The position numbers and the translations under genes are program-made. Of a DNA stretch of 64,000 nt, positions 53,527-62,997 are shown piece by piece. Numbering within the stretch: the stretch's first letter is position 1; each line of letters opens with the position of its first letter. Source of the DNA: Pseudomonadota bacterium (GTDB lineage: Bacteria; Pseudomonadota; Alphaproteobacteria; Sphingomonadales; Sphingomonadaceae); assembly GCA_023423775.1 (NCBI GenBank), contig JAFAEZ010000023.1:5532-69531 (forward strand). The letters are read 5' to 3'. The notes under the pieces were generated by a model, which did no database searches, was not told the origin of the DNA, and saw only the letters and a list, made by a program, of their open reading frames with translations.

Positions 53527-54417
53527 ATGACAGCTGCCATCATCGACGGAAAGGCCTTCGCCGAGGGCCTCCGCACCCGCATTGCCGAGGCCGTCCCCGC
53601 CTTCGTCGCCCAAGCCGGCCGCAAGCCCGGCCTCGCCGTCGTGCTGGTCGGCGAGGATCCCGCGAGCCAGGTCTATGTCCGCTCCAAGGGCAAGGCCACG
53701 ATCGCCGCCGGCATGGAGAGCTTCGAGCACAAGCTGCCCGACACCACTAGCCAGGCGGAGCTGATCGCGCTCGTCGAGCAACTCAATGCCGACGAGGCCG
53801 TCGACGGCATCCTGGTCCAGCTTCCGCTGCCGCGCGGGGTCGACGACAAGGCAGTGATCGCAGCGATCGACCCGGCCAAGGATGTCGACGGCTTCCACGT
53901 CGCCAATGCCGGCCGGCTCGCGGTCGGCGAGGAGGCGTTGGTGCCCTGCACGCCGCTCGGCTCGCTGATGCTGCTGAAGGACAGGCTCGGCGACCTTTCG
54001 GGCCTCGAGGCAGTCGTCGTCGGCCGCTCGAACATCGTCGGCAAGCCGATGGCGCAGTTGCTGCTGCAGGAAAATTGCACGGTCACGATCGCCCATAGCC
54101 GCACCCGCGACCTCCCCGACGTGGTCCGCCGCGCCGACATCGTCGTCGCCGCGGTCGGTCGTCCGGAGATGATCAAGGGCGACTGGCTGAAGCCCGGAGC
54201 GACCGTGATCGACGTCGGCATCAACCGCGTGCCCGCGGCGGAGGAAGGCAAGACCCGCCTCGTCGGCGACGTCGATTTCGCCGGCGCGCAGGCGGTGGCG
54301 AGCGCGATCACGCCGGTGCCCGGGGGCGTCGGGCCGATGACCATCGCCGTATTGCTGCGCAACACCCTGGTGGCCGCGCATGCTCGCGCCGGACTTGCCG
54401 CGCCCGAAGGTCTCTGA
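53527..54417 (+). CDS. folD: Bifunctional methylene-THF dehydrogenase/cyclohydrolase
   Basis: [39 protein letters not shown]. Confidence 0.97.
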   Translation: MTAAIIDGKAFAEGLRTRIAEAVPAFVAQAGRKPGLAVVLVGEDPASQVYVRSKGKATIAAGMESFEHKLPDTTSQAELIALVEQLNADEAVDGILVQLPLPRGVDDKAVIAAIDPAKDVDGFHVANAGRLAVGEEALVPCTPLGSLMLLKDRLGDLSGLEAVVVGRSNIVGKPMAQLLLQENCTVTIAHSRTRDLPDVVRRADIVVAAVGRPEMIKGDWLKPGATVIDVGINRVPAAEEGKTRLVGDVDFAGAQAVASAITPVPGGVGPMTIAVLLRNTLVAAHARAGLAAPEGL

Positions 54418-54482
54418 CCGCGAGGTGTTGATTACGGGGGCGTTTGGCGGCTAGGCGCTCCGCATGCGTAGGAGGGCCGCTT

Positions 54483-55112
54483 GTGATTGAACTGTTCCTG
54501 TCGGCTTTCGTCACGCTCTTCGTGATCATCGACCCGCCCGGCTGCGCACCGATCTTCGCCAGCCTCAGCCATGGCGCCGCCGTCGCGCAGCGCCGGGCGA
54601 TGGCGATCCGCTCGGTCACGATCGCCGCCTGCATCCTCATTTTCTTCGCCTTGTTCGGCGAGAAATTGCTGAAGTTCCTGGGCGTCAGCCTCGCCGCCTT
54701 CAGGATCGCGGGCGGCATCATGCTGTTCCTGATCGCGCTCGAGATGGTGTTCGAGAAGCGCCAGGAGCGCCGCGAGAACCGCGCCAACGAGATCAACGCC
54801 ACTCCCGAGGTCGAGGACATATCGGTCTTTCCGATGGCGATCCCGATGATCGCAGGGCCAGGCTCGATCGCGTCGGTGATGCTCCTTATGGCCCGCGCGG
54901 ACGGCCTTCAGGGGTCGCTGGTCGTCGCCGGCGCGCTCGCCGGCGTCCTGCTCCTGACCCTGGCCGCCCTGCTCGCCGCCGGGCCGCTGATGCGCCTCGT
55001 CGGCCACAAGATCGAGGCGATGATCACCCGCATCCTCGGCGTGATCCTGGCCGCGCTCGCGGCTCAGTTCGTGATCGACGGGATCAGCGTCAGCTTCCAG
55101 ATCAACGTCTGA
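54483..55112 (+). CDS. MarC family membrane protein
   Basis: IDPPG, FRIAGGIMLF, FPMAIPMIAGPG, TRILGVIL; GGAGG SD before GTG. Confidence 0.92.
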   Translation: MIELFLSAFVTLFVIIDPPGCAPIFASLSHGAAVAQRRAMAIRSVTIAACILIFFALFGEKLLKFLGVSLAAFRIAGGIMLFLIALEMVFEKRQERRENRANEINATPEVEDISVFPMAIPMIAGPGSIASVMLLMARADGLQGSLVVAGALAGVLLLTLAALLAAGPLMRLVGHKIEAMITRILGVILAALAAQFVIDGISVSFQINV

Positions 55113-56880
55113 CGACCCGCCACATCCGATAAGGCGAGTTCTTCGGAAGCGTCACCGGCGCGAGCCATTCCGGCACCTTGCCCGCCGCGAGCTGGGCATA
55201 GAAGCCGTTGGGCGCTTCCTTTGCGTAGACGGTCGACTCCGAGAGGTTCGGACAGATCAGCACATAATCGATGCCGCGGCGATCGATCACGCCGCGCGCA
55301 TATTCGGGCGTGCCGCGGAAGCTCTTCATCACGTCCAGAATGGCATCGCCATTGCGATGATAGGGCCCGGCCACCGCATCGTGATGGGTGACCGTGATCA
55401 GCCGGGGCGAGAGATCGACGAAGGTCAGCACATAACCCTTGGGCTGGAGCGCAATCGGACGCAGCGCAGCGAGCGTAGGACATCTGGCATTGGCCAAGTT
55501 GACCGTCTTCAGGCGCTTGCTCTGCGCCTCGGGGATGAGATCGACGCCGTTCTGCACGACCAGGCCTGAAATGAGAGCGAAGGCACCGACGGTGCCCGCG
55601 ACCCGCGGCAGTAGAGGCTTGATCGACTGGGACCACTGGATCGCGATCCACGCCAGCGCCGTGGCGCCGGGAATGGAGAGGAGCTGCGCCGCCGCGCCGG
55701 CGCGGGTCTGCCACAGCAGCAACGCGACCGGCAGGACAGCCAAAGCGGCCACTGTTGTCCAGGGAAGCAGGGCCGCCTTGTCGCCGCGCGTGCGCCAGAG
55801 CATGACCGCATAGCCGACCAGCCCGGCCAGCGGCAGCGACACGACATTGGCGATCACGCCCCAGCTATGCCGATAGATCGGGCGCGCCTCGCGCACATTG
55901 CCGAGCCACATCGCCTCGAGTTCGGGCGAAACCCCCTCGAGCCGGCTGAGGCAATGCGGCCAGGCGAGTGCGTAGCCTGCGGCGAGAAAGGCGCCGGCCA
56001 CTGCGCCCGCGCCGAGCCGGGCGGCCCAATGCTGCGCCTTCAGGAACGAGAGCAAGACGGCCAAAGCGCCGGCCACGACCATCACCGAAAGCCACACTGG
56101 GGACAGCGCGTCGCACACCGGCGCGCTGTTCGCTTCCGAGGTGAACAGCAAATAGAAGAGGCCGCAGCCACCGGCGAGGCTGGCACCGTAAGCAGCGAGG
56201 CGCCGCGCCTGTCCCTGGTCGCGCACCCACATCAGAGCGATCATGGCGCCTGCGGCCGCGAGATAGATCAGCATTTCGAGGCCGATCGCGAGCGAGAGAG
56301 CCGTCGCCACCCCGGCCAGGGCCCCGCCGCGCGCCCGCTTGGGATCGGTCAGCGAGACGAGCACGAGGCTGAGCATCGCCAGCTGCCAGCCATGATGGTC
56401 GATGCGGAGCGGCGACCACATGCCGCGCGCCGAATGGGCGCAGAGCAGCAACGCGATGCCGAGCGCGAACGCCTTGGGCGAGATCAGGCGCCGGCACGCG
56501 ACCGCGATCGCGCCCATCGCGACCGCCATCGGCAGCATCGGCGCCAGCGCCACGGCCACTTTCTCGGCCATCGCCCCGCCCAGGAAGGGCTTGAGCAGCA
56601 GGATGAGGCCGGCGATCGGCAGGTCGACCAGGCGCGACCAGTGGATATTGGCTCCGGTGGGCGGATCGAGCCGATATTGGCGCAGGTCGTACCAGCCCTG
56701 CCCGCCGAGCAGGCCCCTCACCTGCATCATCCGCATATTGTCGTCGGTATCGCTGAGCGCGAACCAGCCGATGGCGTTCCAGCGCGTGTACAGGAGCAAG
56801 GCCGCGGCGGCGACCCAGAACAGGGCCACGCACAGGCGCCAGTGCCTGGTAAATACGTCGCTTTCGCCCCCCGCCATCAT
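55102..56880 (-). CDS. Multi-TM GT-C-fold protein resembling AglB/STT3, with degenerate WWDYG
   Basis: DTDDNMR, PPTGANIHW, RIDHH, NVREARP, VLTFVDLS...AVAGPYH, RRGIDYVL occur in the same order as AglB/STT3 motifs. Confidence 0.6.
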   Translation of the reverse strand: MMAGGESDVFTRHWRLCVALFWVAAAALLLYTRWNAIGWFALSDTDDNMRMMQVRGLLGGQGWYDLRQYRLDPPTGANIHWSRLVDLPIAGLILLLKPFLGGAMAEKVAVALAPMLPMAVAMGAIAVACRRLISPKAFALGIALLLCAHSARGMWSPLRIDHHGWQLAMLSLVLVSLTDPKRARGGALAGVATALSLAIGLEMLIYLAAAGAMIALMWVRDQGQARRLAAYGASLAGGCGLFYLLFTSEANSAPVCDALSPVWLSVMVVAGALAVLLSFLKAQHWAARLGAGAVAGAFLAAGYALAWPHCLSRLEGVSPELEAMWLGNVREARPIYRHSWGVIANVVSLPLAGLVGYAVMLWRTRGDKAALLPWTTVAALAVLPVALLLWQTRAGAAAQLLSIPGATALAWIAIQWSQSIKPLLPRVAGTVGAFALISGLVVQNGVDLIPEAQSKRLKTVNLANARCPTLAALRPIALQPKGYVLTFVDLSPRLITVTHHDAVAGPYHRNGDAILDVMKSFRGTPEYARGVIDRRGIDYVLICPNLSESTVYAKEAPNGFYAQLAAGKVPEWLAPVTLPKNSPYRMWRVVRR

Positions 56881-56955
56881 CGCCCCTTTTCAATCTCTTG
56901 CACCGGCATTAGTCGCTGCACCTCAAAGGGCAAGCCGGGGAGCGCAGCCATCCTA

Positions 56956-57360
56956 ATGATCAATGCCGCCTCCTCCGCACTGTTCGGACAATTGGTCCGC
57001 TATGCCCTGACCGGCGGTTTCATCACCGCGCTGGGCGCCGCCCTCTACTGGGTGACCGCGACCTTCCTGGGCGTGCATCCCCTGCTCGCCAACGTGCTCG
57101 CTTATGCCTTGTGCGTCGCGATCGGCTACGTGCTGCACAGCCGCTGGAGCTTCAAGGATCATGGCAGCCGCGACAATCCGGCGAAGCGGACCAGCCGCTT
57201 CTTCCTGGTCTCGCTGATCAGCTTCGCCCTCAACAGCCTGTTCGTCTGGATCCTCACCGGTCCTTTGCTCGATGGCCCGACCTGGTGGCCCGTGCTACCG
57301 ATGTTGTTCGTGACGCCGCTCGTCACCTTCGCGCTCAACCGCCGCTGGGTATTCGCCTGA
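56956..57360 (+). CDS. GtrA family flippase-like protein
   Basis: QLVRYALTGG, LLANVLAY, HSRWSF, RFFLVS, FALNRRWVF; 134 aa, 4 TM. Confidence 0.9.
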   Translation: MINAASSALFGQLVRYALTGGFITALGAALYWVTATFLGVHPLLANVLAYALCVAIGYVLHSRWSFKDHGSRDNPAKRTSRFFLVSLISFALNSLFVWILTGPLLDGPTWWPVLPMLFVTPLVTFALNRRWVFA

Positions 57361-58088
57361 TGGAACGTGTCGTCTATGACCGCATGGCCGAGCTGGACAG
57401 CCAGCATTGGTGGTATCGCGCCCGCCGCGAGATACTGTCCGACCTGATCGCGCGCGAGGCCAGGCTCCCCGCCGACGCCCGCATCCTCGAAATCGGCTGC
57501 GGCACCGGGCACAACATCCCCATGCTGCAGCGCTTCGGCCGGGTCGACGCGATCGAGATAGACGGCGCCGCCCGCGCCATTGCCAGCCGCCGGCTCGGCC
57601 GTGCGGTGAGCGACGCTCCCCTGCCCGGCCTGCCGGGCATCGCCGATCGCCAATATGATCTGGTCGCTATCCTCGACGTGCTCGAACATGTCGAAGGCGA
57701 TTGCGAGGCGCTGCGCAGCATCGCCCGCAAGCTGAAGCCCGGCGGCCGCATCCTGATCACCGTCCCAGCCTTCCCCTGGATGTGGAGCGCGCACGACGTC
57801 GTGAACCACCATCATCGGCGCTACACCAAGAAGACCCTGAAGGCGGTGATCGGCGAGGCCGGGCTCAGGCTGGACTTCATGAGCTATTTCAACAGCCTGC
57901 TTTTTCCGCTCGCGGCGGCGGCGCGGCTGGCGGGACGGATCACCGGCAAGGAGGACAGCGACGACGCGCTGCCGCCCAGGCCGGTCAACAGGCTGTTCGA
58001 GACCCTGTTCGGGCTCGAGCGTCACGCGATCGGCCGGATCCCTTTCCCGCCCGGCGTCTCGATCGTGGCGTTCGTCTCCGCCTCGTGA
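57360..58088 (+). CDS. Class I SAM-dependent methyltransferase
   Basis: HWWYRARR, ILEIGCGTG, LDVLEHV, LKPGG, TVPA..WSAHD..NHHHRRY; TGATG coupling to gtrA. Confidence 0.9.
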   Translation: MERVVYDRMAELDSQHWWYRARREILSDLIAREARLPADARILEIGCGTGHNIPMLQRFGRVDAIEIDGAARAIASRRLGRAVSDAPLPGLPGIADRQYDLVAILDVLEHVEGDCEALRSIARKLKPGGRILITVPAFPWMWSAHDVVNHHHRRYTKKTLKAVIGEAGLRLDFMSYFNSLLFPLAAAARLAGRITGKEDSDDALPPRPVNRLFETLFGLERHAIGRIPFPPGVSIVAFVSAS

Positions 58089-59053
58089 GCGACATGGCCG
58101 AGATGCGGCCTTCCCTGCGCGTGGCCGGCAATGTCCGACACGATGTAGAGCGGCCGCCGCTTGGATTCGATGTAGAGCCGGCCGAGATATTCGCCGATCA
58201 TACCGAGCACGAACATCTGCACGGCGCCTAGCACGACGACGACCAGCATCAGCGAGGTCCAGCCCTGGATCGTGCTGCCCGATAGCCAGCTCACGGCGAT
58301 GTAGGCGAGCAGCAGCAAGGAGGCGGCCACCAGCCACAGGCCGATATGGCTCGCCATGCGCAGCGGCGCGGTCGAGAAGCCGGTGACGGCGTCGAACGCA
58401 AAGCTCAGCATCTTCGCGAGCGGATATTTGGTGACCCCCGAAAAGCGCTCCTGGCGGTCATAGGCGAACGGCACCTGGCGGAAGCCGACCCAGGCGACCA
58501 TGCCGCGGATGAAGCGCGCCTGCTCGGGCAGGCTCAGCAGGGCATCGAGCGCGCGCCGGCTCATCAGCCGGAAATCGCCGGTGTCGACCGGGATGTCGAC
58601 ATCGGTCATCCGCGACAGCAAGCGATAGAAGATCTTGGCGGTCGCCTTCTTGAACGCCGTCTCGCCGGCGCGGGCGCGGCGCACGGCGTAGACGACGTCA
58701 GCGCCCTGCCGGTCCATCTCCTGCATCATGGCCGGCAGCAGCTCGGGCGGGTCCTGCAGATCGGCGTCGATGATCAGGATGCGCTCGCCCGAACAGAGGT
58801 CGAGGCCGGCGGTGAGCGCAAGCTGGTGACCGTGGTTGCGCGAGAGATTGACCGCGACGAGATGCTCGTCGTCGCGCGCCAGATCCTGCATCGCGTCCCA
58901 GCTGCGGTCGCGCGAGCCGTCATTGACCAGCACGATCTCGTAGGATTCTCCGGCCGCCGCCCGTGCCGCCGCCGTCACGCGCCGGTGCAGTTCGGCCAGG
59001 CACGCTTCCTCGTTGTAGCAGGGGATGACGACGGACAAAGCGGGCGCGGTCAT
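58022..59053 (-). CDS. GT2 polyprenol-phosphate glycosyltransferase (GtrB/DPM-synthase-like)
   Basis: SVVIPCYNEE, VNDGSRD, LSRNHGHQ, DADLQDPPE, DTGDFRL, two C-terminal TMs, GEYLGR. Confidence 0.92.
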   Translation of the reverse strand: MTAPALSVVIPCYNEEACLAELHRRVTAAARAAAGESYEIVLVNDGSRDRSWDAMQDLARDDEHLVAVNLSRNHGHQLALTAGLDLCSGERILIIDADLQDPPELLPAMMQEMDRQGADVVYAVRRARAGETAFKKATAKIFYRLLSRMTDVDIPVDTGDFRLMSRRALDALLSLPEQARFIRGMVAWVGFRQVPFAYDRQERFSGVTKYPLAKMLSFAFDAVTGFSTAPLRMASHIGLWLVAASLLLLAYIAVSWLSGSTIQGWTSLMLVVVVLGAVQMFVLGMIGEYLGRLYIESKRRPLYIVSDIAGHAQGRPHLGHVAHEAETNATIETPGGKGIRPIA

Positions 59054-60639
59054 GATTTCTCCTCGCGGGCCACCGACGGCGGTTCCCGGTCGACCACCCG
59101 ATAGAGCACGGAGGTGCCGCTGCGCCAGATGGGTTGGAGCCCTTCGACAAGGCGCGGGTCGTAGCGCGGCGGCTGGATCAGCCAGACATAGTCGAACGCG
59201 TCGCGCGGCAGCCGCTTGAGCGTGTCGGCGATGGTGAGCCAGCTCTGACGGCGGCATTTGATCGGCGTGACCACCTGGGAAGGATCGCGGACGAACCATT
59301 CGCCCTGCGGGTAATGCACCGTGAGAAGCTGGGAACCGGCCATCGTCCACTGGTCGTTGGTGAAGGCTTCGCGGCGCACGGTGGCGATGCCCGAAAGATG
59401 TTCCAGCCGCGAGCTGCGCCATCCCTCGCGGCAGTTGCGCCCGACGAAAGTGGCGAGGCGGGCGCCGTGGGGGACGTGATCGAGCGCGGCGAGGTGGCGG
59501 TCGTAATCTCGATCATAGAGCATGAAGCTCCAGGTCGTCCCGGCCATGCGGATGCCCACAAAAGCGAGCGCCGCCACCGCCGCGATCTTGGCAAAGCGCA
59601 GGCTCGCCTGGCCCTTCAGGCGGATGGCGAGCACCGCGGCCGCGAACATGTAAGGCACCAGACGCATGTCCGCGTAGGCCGAGCCGAAGATGATCCGGGG
59701 CAAACACACGAAGACGATCGCGAGGAAAATGGCGGAGGCGATCAGATTGCGGGAGAATTCGATCCGGGGACTGCGCAAGGCGCGCAGCAGGAGCAGAATG
59801 ACGATGATGAGCGCGCCGAGATCGAAATATCCCCAGCGGTCGCGAAGCACCCATTTCAGCCAATAATATTTGGCCTCCCAATTGAACCAGTCGGTGGTCC
59901 GGCCGCCCGAAGCGCCGCTGCGCCAGAGCAGCATCAGCAGCAGGGGCGGCGCCAGCGACAGACAGTGCAGGCCGGCGTTGAACGCGGCGTGGACGAGATT
60001 GCGGCGATGGTCGATCTGGCGGACCAGTTCGGCCGAGAAGGCCATCACGCCCAGAGTGCCCCAGCCGAACGTGTGGGTGACCCAGACCAGGATCGAGATC
60101 GGCACGAACAGGATCGCGCGCAGCCGCAAGCGCCCGAGCCGCGCGAGATGCAGCCAGAAGCCGAACGCGAGGAAGGCGAAGGCCATCGACAAAGCGAAAT
60201 TCACGAAGCCGAACATCAACGGATAGCCGTAGACGAAGGGCAGCGCGAAGAAGGCGGTCGGCGGGATGCGGCCGTGCACCTCCCGCGCGACCAGCAGGAA
60301 ACCCCATACCGTCAGCGGCGGAATTGCGCCGACGATCAGCTTCACCGCCAGCTCGAGTCCGACGAGCTTCGCCAGCGGCATGACCAGCAGATCGACGCCC
60401 AGATTGCCGAGCAGCGACCATTCGAAGCGGAAGAAACGCTGCAGCGCCTCCGAATGGTCGAGGTCGAGCGCGACCTTGTAGCGCGCCATATGGCCCGGAA
60501 GGTCGGTGAGCGGCGCGATATCGACGATCAGCATCGGCAGCGCCGACAGCAGCATCACGGCAATCAGCAAAGCCGGGCTCTGCCAGAACCCGATCGGCTG
60601 GTCGGCGTGACCCGGAGGGGCTGAATGCGAAGCTTTCAA
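59050..60639 (-). CDS. Multi-TM hypothetical protein, GT-C-like (paralog 1); start uncertain (TTG 60639)
   Basis: APLTDLPGHMARY loop, GNLGVDL, FGFVNF, RDRW, GSAYADMRL, soluble C-terminal domain; ATGA coupling to the GT2 gene. Confidence 0.7.
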   Translation of the reverse strand: MKASHSAPPGHADQPIGFWQSPALLIAVMLLSALPMLIVDIAPLTDLPGHMARYKVALDLDHSEALQRFFRFEWSLLGNLGVDLLVMPLAKLVGLELAVKLIVGAIPPLTVWGFLLVAREVHGRIPPTAFFALPFVYGYPLMFGFVNFALSMAFAFLAFGFWLHLARLGRLRLRAILFVPISILVWVTHTFGWGTLGVMAFSAELVRQIDHRRNLVHAAFNAGLHCLSLAPPLLLMLLWRSGASGGRTTDWFNWEAKYYWLKWVLRDRWGYFDLGALIIVILLLLRALRSPRIEFSRNLIASAIFLAIVFVCLPRIIFGSAYADMRLVPYMFAAAVLAIRLKGQASLRFAKIAAVAALAFVGIRMAGTTWSFMLYDRDYDRHLAALDHVPHGARLATFVGRNCREGWRSSRLEHLSGIATVRREAFTNDQWTMAGSQLLTVHYPQGEWFVRDPSQVVTPIKCRRQSWLTIADTLKRLPRDAFDYVWLIQPPRYDPRLVEGLQPIWRSGTSVLYRVVDREPPSVAREEKS

Positions 60640-60697
60640 AATGCGCGTAGCTCTTAAGGCTGTTCCGCCCGGTGCCTTCCCGCAATCCAGGCAAATT

Positions 60698-62266
60698 TCA
60701 ACCGGAAAGTGGGCTCTTTTCCCAGTCGCGCCGTCCCCCGAACGGATCGCCGATCCGGTAGAGCACGCTGGTCCCGCTCCGCCACACCGGCACCAGACCA
60801 TGCAGCGCTGCCGGATCGTGGCGCGGCGGAGCGATCAGCCAGATATAATCAAAGGCGCTGCGGGGAACCTGGCGGAGAGCCTCGTCCAGCGAAAGCAGGG
60901 CCGTGCCCGGGCACGGGCGGGCGGTGACCATCTGCGAGGGGTCGGCCACGAACCTGCCGCCGGCAGGGTAATCCACGGTGAGCAATTGCGCGCCGGGCAG
61001 CACCCACTGGTCGTTGGAGAATGCCTCGCGCCGCACGACCGCCAGGCCAGGCAGATGTTCGAACCGCGATGTCGCCCATTGCCGGCCGCACGAAACGCCG
61101 GTGAACGCCACCACGCGCGCGCCGTGCGGGAGATGGTCGAGCGCCGCCAGTTCGCGGTCGAAATCCCGGTCATAGAGCGCGAAGCTTGCCGTCGACGCGA
61201 TCGTCCGAATGAGGAAGAATGCGGCGCCGGCCGCAGCGAGTTTGCGCGCGACGCCTTGCGGCATTCCGTCGCGCGGCCGGATGGCGAGCACGCCGACGGC
61301 GAGCAGATAGGGCGCGAGGCGCATGTCGGCATAAGCCGATCCGAACACGATGCGGGGCAGGCACAGGAACACCAGCGCCAGGAACAAGGCGGACATGCCG
61401 AGCATGCGGGAAAATTCGAGCCGCGGATGCCGCCACCCCTCGAACAGCAGCAGCACGAGCACGATCACCGCGGCGATGTCGAGCGCCGCCCAGCGGTCGC
61501 GCAGCGCCATCGCCAGCCAGCCCGCTTTGGCCCTCAGGTTGAACCAATCGGCGGTCTCGCCGGCGACGGCGCCGCTCCGCCAGGCCAGCATCAGCGCCAT
61601 CGGCACCGCGAGCGGGAGGCACTGGAGCACGGCGTGGAGCGCGGCCCGCGGTCGCGACCGCTCGCGGTCGAAGGCGCGTACCAGCTCGGCCGAGAAAGCG
61701 AGAACGCCGAGCGTCCCCCAGCCGAAGGCGTGGGCGAGCCAAAGCAGCAAGGCGATCGGCACGAACAAGGCGGCACGCAGCCGCAGCCGGCCCAATCGCC
61801 CCAGCCGCAGCCAGAGGCCGAAGGCGAGGAAAGCGAGCGCCATTGCCAGCGCGAAATTCGCGAAGCCGAAGATGAAGGGGTAATTGTAGGCGACCGGCAC
61901 CGCGAACAAGGCGGTCGGCGGGACCCGTCCGTGCACTTCGCGCGCCACCCACAGGAAGCCGGCGACCGTCAGTGGCGGAACCGAAAGCACGATCAGCTTT
62001 ACCGCGAGTTCGAGGCCCAGCAGCGGCGCGAGCGGGACGACCAGCAGATCGATGCCGAGATTGCCGATCAACCCCCACCGGAATTCATAGAAACGCTGCA
62101 GCGCCGGCGAATGGGCTAGATCGAGCTCGATCCGATAGCGCGCCATGTGGCCGGGCAGATCGATGAGCGGCGCGATGTCCGGCCAGAGCAACGGCACTGC
62201 AGACAGCAGGATCAGCGCCGCCAGCGTCCCGCGCTTCTCCCACCATGGCAATGACGCAGCTTCCAT
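60698..62266 (-). CDS. Multi-TM hypothetical protein, GT-C-like (paralog 2)
   Basis: Collinear with paralog 1: APLIDLPGHMARY, GNLGIDL, FGFANF, RDRW, GSAYADMRL, FDYIWL. Confidence 0.7.
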   Translation of the reverse strand: MEAASLPWWEKRGTLAALILLSAVPLLWPDIAPLIDLPGHMARYRIELDLAHSPALQRFYEFRWGLIGNLGIDLLVVPLAPLLGLELAVKLIVLSVPPLTVAGFLWVAREVHGRVPPTALFAVPVAYNYPFIFGFANFALAMALAFLAFGLWLRLGRLGRLRLRAALFVPIALLLWLAHAFGWGTLGVLAFSAELVRAFDRERSRPRAALHAVLQCLPLAVPMALMLAWRSGAVAGETADWFNLRAKAGWLAMALRDRWAALDIAAVIVLVLLLFEGWRHPRLEFSRMLGMSALFLALVFLCLPRIVFGSAYADMRLAPYLLAVGVLAIRPRDGMPQGVARKLAAAGAAFFLIRTIASTASFALYDRDFDRELAALDHLPHGARVVAFTGVSCGRQWATSRFEHLPGLAVVRREAFSNDQWVLPGAQLLTVDYPAGGRFVADPSQMVTARPCPGTALLSLDEALRQVPRSAFDYIWLIAPPRHDPAALHGLVPVWRSGTSVLYRIGDPFGGRRDWEKSPLSG

Positions 62267-62383
62267 CCCCCCACCCCCGCCCCTGATTGCCATAAGCTTT
62301 CAGCGGCATTCAACCCCGATACAGCCGGCTCACCTTAGGTCGTCCTGCAAGGCGGATCGACCGCCCTCCCAGGAGACCGAAAG

Positions 62384-62947
62384 ATGAAGAAGACCCTTTT
62401 GCTGGCAACGGTCGGCGCCGCATTGCTGGCCGGACCCAGCCTCGCCCAGCCCACTCGCACCGATGGCGGCGCGCGCCCGGAAATGACCCGCACCGCGGTA
62501 GAAGCCAAGGTGCGCGAGGCCTTTGCACGGGTCGACGCCAATCGCGACGGATTCGTGACCGAAGCGGAAGCCAAGGCGTTGCGCGACGCTGCACGCACCG
62601 CACGCCAGGACAAGCGGGCGGATGGGCGCGCCGATATGTTCGCGAGGCTCGACGCCAACAAGGACGGCTCGATCAGCCGCGCCGAGTTTGACGCCCCGCG
62701 CGGCGACCGCGCCGAGAAGCGCGGCGAGCGCCGCGAGGCGCGCGGCCTCCGCGGCCATCGCGGCGGCTTCGCGCATTTCGGCGGCAAGGGCTTCGAGCGT
62801 TTCGACGTTAACAAGGACGGCCGCGTTTCGCTGCAGGAAGCGACCGAGCAGGCGCTCACCCAATTCGACCGGGTCGACGTCAATCGCGATGGCAGGATCA
62901 GTGCCGACGAGCGCCAGGCCGCATTCCAGGGCCGCCGTCGCGGCTGA
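62384..62947 (+). CDS. Exported EF-hand domain protein
   Basis: Signal peptide; four loops DANRDGFVTEAE, DANKDGSISRAE, DVNKDGRVSLQE, DVNRDGRISADE; AGGAG SD. Confidence 0.9.
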   Translation: MKKTLLLATVGAALLAGPSLAQPTRTDGGARPEMTRTAVEAKVREAFARVDANRDGFVTEAEAKALRDAARTARQDKRADGRADMFARLDANKDGSISRAEFDAPRGDRAEKRGERREARGLRGHRGGFAHFGGKGFERFDVNKDGRVSLQEATEQALTQFDRVDVNRDGRISADERQAAFQGRRRG

Positions 62948-62967
62948 ACCAGCCTTTGACGGAGAGG

Positions 62968-62997
62968 GGGCCGGGGCGGCGACGCTCCGGCCCTTTT
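62968..62997 (+). terminator. Intrinsic terminator between the EF-hand gene and cfa
   Basis: GGGCCGGGGCG-GCGA-CGCTCCGGCCC-TTTT. Confidence 0.7.

Noticed and set aside
62267..62284. G-runs (GGGG-C-GGGGG-T-GGGGGG on minus) before paralog 2 as a phase-variable tract or G-quadruplex
   Set aside because: Runs are short and only three are long; not distinguishable from chance at this GC content
60630..62302. AAGCTTTCA 9-mer near the 5' ends of both GT-C-like paralogs
   Set aside because: Too short and at different offsets; could be chance
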